Below are positions 18,348-26,337 of a stretch of 52,700 nucleotides of DNA, in pieces. The notes beneath the pieces were generated by a model that worked only from the letters and a program-made list of their open reading frames with translations, was not told the DNA's origin and ran no database searches. The translations under genes and the position numbers were made by a program. The number at the start of each line of letters is the position of its first letter. Position 1 is the stretch's first letter. The stretch is from Candidatus Jorgensenbacteria bacterium (lineage in GTDB: Bacteria > Patescibacteriota > Minisyncoccia > UBA6257 > GWB1-50-10): NCBI GenBank assembly GCA_043797305.1, contig JAZDPW010000034.1, forward strand, positions 1 through 52,700, written 5' to 3'.

Positions 18348-19354
18348 CAGTGTTTGCTGAGCAACGTCCGCTTGTAAACGTCCAAATGCCCCAGGACGGT
18401 GGCGGTGCCGCGACTCACGCAAAAAATCGCATCCGCCGCGGTGTAGGCGCTCACTCCCAAGGAGCGCTTGAAAAAATCTTCCATATTCCGGAGCTGGGCA
18501 CTGCCGCCCGAAAGAATCATTCCCTTTTCCATAATGTCGGCGGCAAGTTCCGGCGGCGTAACGTTGAAAACGGACTGGACCGTATCCATGATTTCAAGAA
18601 GATGGGGATTTATGGCTTCGGCTACTTCGGTCGAAGAAACAACAAGGTCGCGAGGAAGACCGGAAGGCAAGTCCCGGCCTCTTATTTTCATTTCAAGCTT
18701 ATTGCGATTAGGCAGAGCGGTACCAACGCCGATTTTTATGTTCTCGGCCGTTCCTTCGCCTATGGCGAGCCCGTATTTCTTCTTGATGTATTCGGTAATA
18801 GCCTGGTCAAAACGATTGCCGGCCACCCGTAAACTCGCCCAAGTCACTATGCCGCCTAATGAAATCACCGCCACCTCGGTGGTGCCGCCGCCGATATTTA
18901 CCACCATGTTCCCTTCGGAAGAATGGATGGGGATACCCGCTCCCAAGGCGGCAAGAAGCGGCTCTTTGACAAGATAAACCTCTTTCGCTCCGGCTTCCCG
19001 GGCAGCGTTGTAAACCGCCCGGTATTCGGTCGAGGTGATGCCGGCCGGCACGGAAATAACCACTTCGGGCTTGAAAAAGTTAAAAGGACCGACGCTCTTG
19101 CCGATGAAATATTTCAGCATTGCCTGAGTGACGTAATACTCGGCAATGACGCCGTCTTTTAAAGGCTTGTAAGTTACGATATTGTCGGGCGTCCGGCCAA
19201 CCATTTCTTTCGCCTCCTGTCCGACCGCCAAAACGGTGTTGTCGGGTTTCCGGAGAGCGACAACAGTCGGTTCATTGATTACTATCCCCTTATCGGGAAG
19301 GAAAACCAACGTGTTGGTCGTACCCAAATCAATTCCTATTTTCCTGATAAACAT
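18347..19354 (-). CDS. mreB: Rod shape-determining protein MreB
   Basis: IGIDLGTTNT, NEPTVVA, PLKDGVIA, IGGGTTEVAVISLGG. Confidence 0.95.
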   Translation of the reverse strand: MFIRKIGIDLGTTNTLVFLPDKGIVINEPTVVALRKPDNTVLAVGQEAKEMVGRTPDNIVTYKPLKDGVIAEYYVTQAMLKYFIGKSVGPFNFFKPEVVISVPAGITSTEYRAVYNAAREAGAKEVYLVKEPLLAALGAGIPIHSSEGNMVVNIGGGTTEVAVISLGGIVTWASLRVAGNRFDQAITEYIKKKYGLAIGEGTAENIKIGVGTALPNRNKLEMKIRGRDLPSGLPRDLVVSSTEVAEAINPHLLEIMDTVQSVFNVTPPELAADIMEKGMILSGGSAQLRNMEDFFKRSLGVSAYTAADAIFCVSRGTATVLGHLDVYKRTLLSKH

Positions 19355-19360
19355 TTTAAA

Positions 19361-20650
19361 TTATTCAACTCGTTTAATACTTGCTCCCAAATATTTCAAT
19401 CTTTCGTCAATTCTCTCGTAACCGCGGTCTATTTCCTCCACGCCCGAAATTTCGGATTCTCCTTCGGCAATCAAAGCCGCCGTAAGATGAGCCATCCCCG
19501 CTCTCAAGTCCGGCACCTCAAGACGGGCTCCCCGAAGAGGCGTCGGTCCCTGAATTTCGGCTCGATGGGGAAACTTGCCGGCAAAACGGCAATTCGAACC
19601 AAGACAATCTTTTGTTACTTTAATATTTGCTCCCATCAAATTCAAGTCCTTGGTGTAACCTAAACGGTCTTCGTAAATCGTCTCGTGAATTTCCGAAAGG
19701 CCGTCAGCTTGAGTGAGAAGAATGGCAAGCGGCTGTTGCCAGTCGGTCATAAATCCGGGATGGGTATCGGTTTCGATTTTGGTTGACTTCAATTTGCCGG
19801 CCCGCCAAAACCTGATGCCGTCATCCCTGACTTCATAGTCGCCGCCAACCCGCCGGAGGGTATTTAAGAAAGTTATGAGGTGCTCTTGGATCGCGTCTTT
19901 TACGAAAATGTCGCCGTCGGTCGCGATGGCAAGAACGGCAAAAGAAACCGCCTCGTTCCGGTCGGGCATTATCCTGTGCTTCACCCCCCGCAAGTGGCTT
20001 ACGCCATCTATCCGGATTATCCGGTCGGCGCCGAGCTCGATGATTCCCCCCATTTTCTGCAAAAACTTGATTAAATCCATGATTTCCGGTTCAAGAGCCG
20101 CGTTTCTAATCACGGTTTTCCCCTTGGCCAAAACCGAGGCCAGAAGCGCGTTTTCGGTGGCACCAACCGAAGGAAAACGCAGGGTGATTTCCGAACCGTG
20201 CAGGCCGTTCGGAGCCGATGCCTTATAGGAATTTTCCGAAACGGTAATTTCGGCGCCGAGAAGTTTCAGTGCCTCAAGGTGAATGTCAACGGGCCGGGCG
20301 CCAATTTTGTCGCCGCCTACCACCGGCACTTCGGCCATCCCCTTGCGGGCAAGAAGCGGACCTAAAGCCAAAATAGGCAGCCGATTGCGGCGGGTAAGAG
20401 ACCGGACTTCGGTACTTTTAATGACCGGCGTTTTGATGGAAACGGTGTTGCCGTCTTTTAAAACTTCGCTGCCGAGTTCTTCGCAAAGACCGATGGTGAT
20501 TGCCGTATCGCCTATCAGCGGAAAGTTTTCCAAAATCGAGGTTTCGTCGGAAAGAATCGAAGCAACCAAAAGCTTGGTCGCGGCGTTCTTCGCGCCGGCG
20601 AGCTTTATCTCGCCCTTCAACGGTTGCTTGCCCCTGACAATAAAGTTCAC
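19361..20650 (-). CDS. murA: UDP-N-acetylglucosamine 1-carboxyvinyltransferase (Asp in place of the catalytic Cys)
   Basis: GAKNA, GGDKIGARPVDIH, SVGATEN, HPGFMTD, DLRAG, IDRGYE; GTG start formed by the MITE end. Confidence 0.96.
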   Translation of the reverse strand: MNFIVRGKQPLKGEIKLAGAKNAATKLLVASILSDETSILENFPLIGDTAITIGLCEELGSEVLKDGNTVSIKTPVIKSTEVRSLTRRNRLPILALGPLLARKGMAEVPVVGGDKIGARPVDIHLEALKLLGAEITVSENSYKASAPNGLHGSEITLRFPSVGATENALLASVLAKGKTVIRNAALEPEIMDLIKFLQKMGGIIELGADRIIRIDGVSHLRGVKHRIMPDRNEAVSFAVLAIATDGDIFVKDAIQEHLITFLNTLRRVGGDYEVRDDGIRFWRAGKLKSTKIETDTHPGFMTDWQQPLAILLTQADGLSEIHETIYEDRLGYTKDLNLMGANIKVTKDCLGSNCRFAGKFPHRAEIQGPTPLRGARLEVPDLRAGMAHLTAALIAEGESEISGVEEIDRGYERIDERLKYLGASIKRVE

Positions 20651-20781
20651 CCCGTTAGAAGTCTGTTTTTAATATTTGACCTTGTCATATTGGTGAATAT
20701 ATTAACTTGTTTGATTTTTTCCGTCAGCGCCGCGCATAAAAATTTCGTTGAAATTTTTAGTGCCTTGGACTTCTAACGGGG
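20650..20781. mobile_element. MITE-like element, 132 bp
   Basis: Perfect 14-bp TIR CCCCGTTAGAAGTC/GACTTCTAACGGGG; TTCA duplicated at 20646-20649 and 20782-20785; sister copy at 49709. Confidence 0.85.
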
Positions 20782-20828
20782 TTCATTGTTATTACCTCGT
20801 TCCTCCAGTATACTATTCGGAAACCTTC

Positions 20829-22187
20829 ATGAAAAGACGCCTCCGGAACATCTTATTCGCGACCTTTGTTTTGCTCTTCGTGCTTGTCGGAGGTTATCTC
20901 ATTTTTATCGCCCAGGGCTTTGTCGTGAATTTCGACGATTTCAGGATTGAAAAAACCGGCGCCATTTTCCTGAAATTTACGCCCCGGGATGCGGTCCTCT
21001 CGATAAACGGCGAGGAAACCGATTACAGCCAGGGTGGTTTCTTGGAATCGTCCGGCGTCATTATAAAAAACCTCGCTCCCGGTTCATACCGCCTCAATCT
21101 TTCCAAAAACGATTATCACGCCTGGGAAAAAAACCTGGAAGTTCAGTCGGGGCTCATCACCTCCGAAAGCCACGTTAATTTGTGGCCGAAAAATCTGCCC
21201 GAGGAAACGGTGATAGAACAAAACGTCAAAGATTTCTGGCTTACCGGAGAGGGTGTTATCCATAAAAACGGCGATAATCGGCTGATTTTCAACGATCTTA
21301 TGATAAGAGGAGAAAATGTTTTTCTCTCCGCCCCCGAATCGAAAATTCTGATTACGGAAGAGGGAGAAGAACATTTCCTCGTTGACCTCAAGGATCCACG
21401 CTCGGCCGTAAATCTCTCCCATCTTTTCAATTCCCTCAAACAACGGCAGCTTGCCCTTGCCGGCGCCGTCCCCATAACCGACGTTCTCTTTCACCCTTTC
21501 AGCCCGAATAAAATAGTAATCGTCAGTAAGACTTCTCTCTACACGATTGACGTCGAAAAAGTCCAAATCGAGAAACTTGTCACTCTGGAAGAGATAAAAT
21601 CGGTGGCTTTGAGCACAAGCGACGCCTTTATCATCGACGGAAACGACAATCTGGCGATTATAAACCTTCTTTTAAAAACTTCGCTCCACGAGACGACAAA
21701 GATAGGGCCGACAAGGGGTTTTACGACCAATTCCGACGGCACAAGCGTCTTTATCCTCACCCCGGAGAACGAGCTTAAGATTTACAGGCGTTCTTCCGGC
21801 AAAATCGACACTCTCGCCACCAACGTCAGAGAATTTGAAATTTCTCCCGAAGAGAAAAGAGTTGCCGTTATAACATACGGCAACGAACTCGAGATTGCCT
21901 ATTCCGAAAACTTCGAAGGAGACATAAAAAACGAAGCCGGGACAATCGTTAAAATCCCGGATGCGTTTCAGGGAAATATCAAAAGTGTCGGCTGGTTTGC
22001 CGACTTGCCGAACTATTTAATATTTCTCGAGAACGGCAACCTGACCGTTCAGGAAATCGACACGAGGGTTCCCGTAAACCGCCACCTTCTTATCACTGGA
22101 GTCCTTAACTACGAAACGGAAGATAAAAATATATATATCCTGAAAGACAGCGGCGAGCTTACCGTTTCCGCCATCCCGACGTCTTAG
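20829..22187 (+). CDS. PEGA-domain membrane-anchored protein with beta-propeller-like C-terminus
   Basis: Basic N-terminus plus TM helix, KTGAIF...P.DA...ING...L.PG.Y...K..Y..W.K PEGA pattern; the upstream in-frame extension runs through the MITE and is rejected. Confidence 0.8.
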   Translation: MKRRLRNILFATFVLLFVLVGGYLIFIAQGFVVNFDDFRIEKTGAIFLKFTPRDAVLSINGEETDYSQGGFLESSGVIIKNLAPGSYRLNLSKNDYHAWEKNLEVQSGLITSESHVNLWPKNLPEETVIEQNVKDFWLTGEGVIHKNGDNRLIFNDLMIRGENVFLSAPESKILITEEGEEHFLVDLKDPRSAVNLSHLFNSLKQRQLALAGAVPITDVLFHPFSPNKIVIVSKTSLYTIDVEKVQIEKLVTLEEIKSVALSTSDAFIIDGNDNLAIINLLLKTSLHETTKIGPTRGFTTNSDGTSVFILTPENELKIYRRSSGKIDTLATNVREFEISPEEKRVAVITYGNELEIAYSENFEGDIKNEAGTIVKIPDAFQGNIKSVGWFADLPNYLIFLENGNLTVQEIDTRVPVNRHLLITGVLNYETEDKNIYILKDSGELTVSAIPTS

Positions 22188-22222
22188 TCGGGACTCGCGA
22201 CCTCGCGAAGCGAGCGTCGGAG
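22172..22222. repeat. REP-like palindrome cluster between convergent genes
   Basis: TCCCGAC-GTCTTA-GTCGGGA, TCGCGA-CC-TCGCGA, AGCGTCGGAG; similar to 37148-37201. Confidence 0.6.
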
Positions 22223-22229
22223 CTGCTGC

Positions 22230-22691
22230 TCATCTTTTTCTCCACTGCTGTGGACGGCGGGCCTTGCGAAGGCCGGGTTTCTTTCTCTCAACCATCCGCG
22301 GGTCGCGGGTAAGATATCCAAAAGCCTTGAGACGAGGTCTTAAACTCGAGTCAAACAAAATAAGAGCCCGAGAAATTCCCAAACGTATTGCTTCGGCTTG
22401 AGACGGGAGGCCGCCGCCACCAACCTTAGCGGTCGTTTTGATACCAACAAGGGTCAGTTTTTCAAAAGGAGATACAATGACCCCCTGTTCTTTTTTCATC
22501 GGAAAATACTTTTCAAGCTCCTTACCGTTTACCGAAATATCATTTTTACCGCTCTTTACCGCGGGAAAAATTCTCACTCTTGCCACGGCGGTCTTTCTCC
22601 GACCTACGGCTTCGAAATAACGCTCGGTCTTTGCTCCCGGCACCTTTACGGTTTTCGCCGGCTTTTTTGTTTTGATTGTTTTTGGAGGCAT
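22230..22691 (-). CDS. rpsI: 30S ribosomal protein S9
   Basis: GRRKTAVARV, GGG..SQAEAIR, LTRDPRMVERKK, QWRKR. Confidence 0.98.
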   Translation of the reverse strand: MPPKTIKTKKPAKTVKVPGAKTERYFEAVGRRKTAVARVRIFPAVKSGKNDISVNGKELEKYFPMKKEQGVIVSPFEKLTLVGIKTTAKVGGGGLPSQAEAIRLGISRALILFDSSLRPRLKAFGYLTRDPRMVERKKPGLRKARRPQQWRKR

Positions 22692-22693
22692 GT

Positions 22694-23032
22694 TTATTCA
22701 ATAACCAATTTTTTCATCCTTTTCTTCAGCAATCTGTTTTTTGGAAGCATAAGCCGCACCGCGTTTTGAAGAACCCAATTCGGTTTTTTCTCAAAAACTT
22801 CTTCGTAGGTTCTTTTCTTAAGGTGGCCTAAGGGACCGGTGTGGCGATAATAAACTTTTTCTTCGGACTTCCGGCCGCTTATCACCATGCTCTTTATGTT
22901 TTTCACGACAACTTCGTCGTTACCTTCAAGACGCGGCTCGTAAGCCGGACTTTTCTTGCCCTGAAGAATCACCGCTATTTCCGATGCCAGCCGACCCAAT
23001 TTTTTTCCTTTGGCGTCAATTGTGTATTTCAT
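22694..23032 (-). CDS. rplM: 50S ribosomal protein L13
   Basis: IDA..LGRLAS, YYRHTG, AVRLMLPKN. Confidence 0.97.
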   Translation of the reverse strand: MKYTIDAKGKKLGRLASEIAVILQGKKSPAYEPRLEGNDEVVVKNIKSMVISGRKSEEKVYYRHTGPLGHLKKRTYEEVFEKKPNWVLQNAVRLMLPKNRLLKKRMKKLVIE

Positions 23033-23037
23033 GTTGT

Positions 23038-23388
23038 CTAAACAAATTCTATAACGGCCATTTTCGCCCCATCGCTCTTTCTGGTTTTCAAATGTTTTAA
23101 AATCCGGGTATAACCGCCTTTTCTTTCCTTATAGCGCGGAGCGATATCGTTGTAGAGTTTGTAAGCCATGGACTTCGGAAGGTTTTTGAGAAGCAGGCGC
23201 AAACCGGCGAGATCCTGGCTCTTGCCGTAAGTCACCAAACGGTCAACGAACATCTTGATTTCCTTTGCCCGTGCTTCGGTAGTAAAAATCCGCCCGTCCC
23301 GCACGAGATTATTGGCGAGCACTTTTAAAAAAGAGCGACGGGCGCTCTTTTTGCGGCCAAACTTCCTTCCCTTCTTTTGGTGCCTCAT
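23038..23388 (-). CDS. rplQ: 50S ribosomal protein L17
   Basis: MRHQKKGRK, TTEARAKE, GGYTRI, DGA.MA.IEFV. Confidence 0.97.
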   Translation of the reverse strand: MRHQKKGRKFGRKKSARRSFLKVLANNLVRDGRIFTTEARAKEIKMFVDRLVTYGKSQDLAGLRLLLKNLPKSMAYKLYNDIAPRYKERKGGYTRILKHLKTRKSDGAKMAVIEFV

Positions 23389-23395
23389 ACGCGAC

Positions 23396-24172
23396 TTAGG
23401 AACTTTTCTTGGACCTTCCTCTTTTCTTTTTCTCGGTCTCTTTCTTGCCTTTCGACTCGTCCATAACCTCGACTTTCGTCACCTCCACCAAGGAAACCTT
23501 TTCAAAGTGGTCCTTCAAGATGTTGGCTGCTTTGTGAATCGCCTCCGAGGGACTGATGGACCCGTCGGTTTCAATCCTGATTTTCAGACAATTGTAATCG
23601 GTGCGATCGCCGACTCTCATGTTCTCAACCGAAAATTCAACTTGCTCCACCGGAGAAAAAATGGCGTCGAGAACAATAGTGCCGATGTTAAGCCGTTCCA
23701 GGCGCCTCGATTCGGCCGGAACATAACCCAAGCCCTTTTCAACGATAAGCTCCATGTCGAGCTCGGCGTTTTTCTTGGTAAGTGTGGCTAAGTGCAAATC
23801 GGGGTTCACCACTTTTACGAGGGTGGTGGACTCGATGTCGCTCGCTTTCACTTCCCGCTCGCCTTTTACCGTTAATTTCAGCGTTTGGGGCTCGTCGGCG
23901 AGAAAATGAAACCTTACTTTTTTGAGATTCAAAATGAACTCAACCACATCCTCCGTCATTCCGGGAATGGTTGAAAACTCGTGGTCGGCACCTTTTACCT
24001 TAATTTGAGTAATGGCGGCGCCGGGCAGCGACGAAAGCAAAACCCGCCTCAGAGCGTTAACCAGGGTTACGCCGTAACCGGTGTAGAGACCCTCGATGTG
24101 AAAAACTCCGGACTTTTCGTCCTCGGAAACTTTCTTGACTTTTAACGTTTCGCTGAAATAAGAATATTTCAT
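23396..24172 (-). CDS. rpoA: RNA polymerase alpha subunit (NTD only)
   Basis: GYGVTLVNALRRVLLSSLPGAA, HEFSTI, GLGYVPA, DAIFSPV, IETDGS; ends after the NTD. Confidence 0.96.
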   Translation of the reverse strand: MKYSYFSETLKVKKVSEDEKSGVFHIEGLYTGYGVTLVNALRRVLLSSLPGAAITQIKVKGADHEFSTIPGMTEDVVEFILNLKKVRFHFLADEPQTLKLTVKGEREVKASDIESTTLVKVVNPDLHLATLTKKNAELDMELIVEKGLGYVPAESRRLERLNIGTIVLDAIFSPVEQVEFSVENMRVGDRTDYNCLKIRIETDGSISPSEAIHKAANILKDHFEKVSLVEVTKVEVMDESKGKKETEKKKRGRSKKSS

Positions 24173-24178
24173 GAAATT

Positions 24179-24787
24179 TTATCTCGCGTAAAACTGACCG
24201 ACCAAGTTGAGATTAAAAGAAGCGTTGATTTCTCCGAGTTTCGGATTTTCTATACATTCGCCTTTCAAGTTCTCCTTGTCAAGCTTCAACCAGGAAGGCG
24301 GTTCATACTGCTTAAGCTTCATTCCCAGTTCCTCGAACATTTTCCCGCCTCGCGACTCGGTGCGAATCGAAATTACGTCTCCAATTTTAACACTATAGGA
24401 AGGAATTGTCACTTTGCGGCCGTTAACGGTGATGTGGCCGTGCGAAATAATCTGCCTCGCCACTCTCGGCGACGCCGCCAAACCCAACAGATACGTAACT
24501 CTATCAAGCCGTTTTTCGAGAATAACAAGCGCCTTCTCGAGCGGCCCCTGGAAAAGGTTTCTCATCTGCCTGTTGTTGAGGCCGTAAGTTATCTGAATTT
24601 TCTGCTTTTCCTGAAGCTGTCTCCCAAACTCGGAAATGCTGCGCCGGCGGCGGGACTGACCGTGAACGCCCGGCCGGTAAGGACGGCGAATCATCACGCA
24701 CTTAGGGCTCGAACACCGCTCCGCTTTTATGAAAAGCCGTGTCCCAAGCGATCTTTCTTTTTTTTCTTTAATTCTTTTCATGTTCAA
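24179..24787 (-). CDS. rpsD: 30S ribosomal protein S4
   Basis: PGVHG, QLQEKQK, LEKRLD, ARQIISHGH, IPSY. Confidence 0.97.
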   Translation of the reverse strand: MNMKRIKEKKERSLGTRLFIKAERCSSPKCVMIRRPYRPGVHGQSRRRRSISEFGRQLQEKQKIQITYGLNNRQMRNLFQGPLEKALVILEKRLDRVTYLLGLAASPRVARQIISHGHITVNGRKVTIPSYSVKIGDVISIRTESRGGKMFEELGMKLKQYEPPSWLKLDKENLKGECIENPKLGEINASFNLNLVGQFYAR

Positions 24788-24794
24788 ATATTTT

Positions 24795-25247
24795 CTAAAC
24801 TCTTCTTGCCTTTTTGGATCTTGGACCGTTATGCGGAATCGGGGTCATGTCTTTGATGGATAAAATGTTCAATCCTTTGGCAGCAAGGGAACGAAGGGCG
24901 GAGTCGCGGCCGGCGCCGACTCCTTTCACAAAAACTTCGATTTTGAACGGGCCGGAACGGCTAAGCTTCTCTGAAATGGCTTCCGCCACTTTGGAAGCGG
25001 CGAAAGGCGTAGATTTTTTGGGACCGGAAAATCCCAAACTGCCGGCCGACATCCAGGCAATAACATTGCCCTTTTCATCGGTCGCGGTAATCATCGTGTT
25101 GTTGTACGAGGCCTGGATGTAAATCCGGCCGCTCTCATATTTCCCCTTCGGCGCAACGCTCTTTTTTTCGGCAACCGCTCCTTCGGACGCTTGGGGTTCC
25201 TTTACAACCTCCTCTTTTGTTTTTTCGATGACTTTTTTCTTTCCCAT
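24795..25247 (-). CDS. rpsK: 30S ribosomal protein S11
   Basis: [21 protein letters not shown]. Confidence 0.98.
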   Translation of the reverse strand: MGKKKVIEKTKEEVVKEPQASEGAVAEKKSVAPKGKYESGRIYIQASYNNTMITATDEKGNVIAWMSAGSLGFSGPKKSTPFAASKVAEAISEKLSRSGPFKIEVFVKGVGAGRDSALRSLAAKGLNILSIKDMTPIPHNGPRSKKARRV

Positions 25248-25256
25248 AATCAGGTT

Positions 25257-25640
25257 TTATCTGAGTTCAACTTTTCTCTTTCCGCTTCCGGCGGTTTTTC
25301 TGACATTCCCGCGCACCGTTCTGGAATTGCTTTTGGTTCTCTGACCCCGCACCGGCAACTTTCTCGTATGCCTCATGCCCCGATAGGCCTTGATGTCTTT
25401 CAGGCGGTTAATGTTCTGCTTTACGACTTGTCGCAACTCACCCTCGATTTTGTAATTTTTCTCGATGACGGACTGGATTCTGTTCGTGTCTTCTCCGGTC
25501 AAGTCCTTGGTCCGCTTATCGGGGTCGATTTTTGCCTCGGCCAAAATCCGCAAAGCCGAAATCCGACCGACGCCATAAAGGTAAGTCAGGGCAATGCCTA
25601 TCTTTTTTTCATCGGGTATGTTTATTCCAGTGATTCTCAT
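25257..25640 (-). CDS. rpsM: 30S ribosomal protein S13
   Basis: ALTYLYGVG, EGELR, YRGMRH, LPVRGQRTKSN. Confidence 0.98.
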   Translation of the reverse strand: MRITGINIPDEKKIGIALTYLYGVGRISALRILAEAKIDPDKRTKDLTGEDTNRIQSVIEKNYKIEGELRQVVKQNINRLKDIKAYRGMRHTRKLPVRGQRTKSNSRTVRGNVRKTAGSGKRKVELR

Positions 25641-25648
25641 GATTCAAA

Positions 25649-25762
25649 TTAACCTTGTCTTTGCTTGTGTTTGGGGTTTTTGCAAATGACATAAATACAC
25701 CCGTGACGGCGGACAATCTTGCAACTATTGCAGATTTTTTTAACTGAAGCTCTTACCTTCAT
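25649..25762 (-). CDS. rpmJ: 50S ribosomal protein L36 (missed by ORF track)
   Basis: Manual translation [37 protein letters not shown]. Confidence 0.98.
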   Translation of the reverse strand: MKVRASVKKICNSCKIVRRHGCIYVICKNPKHKQRQG

Positions 25763-25824
25763 GCCAATGTTGTTAAAATTTACAAGCCCAACGCGCAGTA
25801 AATTTTACCACAACATTGAGCACT

Positions 25825-26020
25825 TCTTCGAGCTCATCGAGTCTGAAGACTCATCAGACGTTCGTCCCGAGGACTCAGTCCCGAGGGAGTCTGAACGACC
25901 TGAGAATCTCTCAGAACCGAAAGTCTGAGTCAAACCGAAGAGTTACTTTCCTCAAATTCAAAAGGTAATCCTTCGACAAGCTCAGGTCTTCGACTCCGAG
26001 AGTCTCAGACTCGAGGAGAT
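25825..26020. repeat. Cluster of REP-like palindromic units between infA and rpmJ
   Basis: GAGTC-TGAA-GACTC, GTCCCGAGGACTCAGTCCCGAGGG, CTGAGA-ATC-TCTCAG, CCTTCGACAAGCTCAGG, CTCCGAGAGTCTCAGACTCGAGGAG. Confidence 0.7.
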
Positions 26021-26077
26021 AAGGTTTGCTGACTAAATTTTCTGCGTCCTCCGAACTTGAAAATTTAGAGCAAGCCC

Positions 26078-26293
26078 TTACATCCTTCTTATAATCCGGC
26101 CTCGCCTGTCGTTCAACGCCGGCATTTCAATTACGACTCTGTCACCGGGAATTACCCGAATGTAATTGATTTTCATCTTACCGGCCAAGTGGGCTAAAAC
26201 CTCGCCGCCATCGGCAAGCTTTACTCTAAAGAGCAAGCCCGGTAATGCTTCCTCCACGACGCCTTCTTTTTGTATGCCTTTGTCTTGTTTCAT
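26078..26293 (-). CDS. infA: Translation initiation factor IF-1
   Basis: EGVVEEALP, FRVKL, AHLAGKMK, IRVIPGDRV, RGRIIRR. Confidence 0.97.
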   Translation of the reverse strand: MKQDKGIQKEGVVEEALPGLLFRVKLADGGEVLAHLAGKMKINYIRVIPGDRVVIEMPALNDRRGRIIRRM

Positions 26294-26337
26294 CAGGCGA
26301 TGTCAGTTTGAAATCTTAACAAAATAGGCAAAATAAG

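Noticed and set aside
20748-20828. N-terminal extension of the PEGA protein (MKFLVPWTSNGV...)
   Set aside because: It is translated MITE sequence; ATG 20829 gives a normal basic-plus-TM N-terminus.
25719-25928. 69-aa plus-strand ORF
   Set aside because: Antisense to rpmJ and otherwise made of repeat sequence.
25825-26020. Possible CRISPR array
   Set aside because: No identical repeats with regular spacers and no cas genes.
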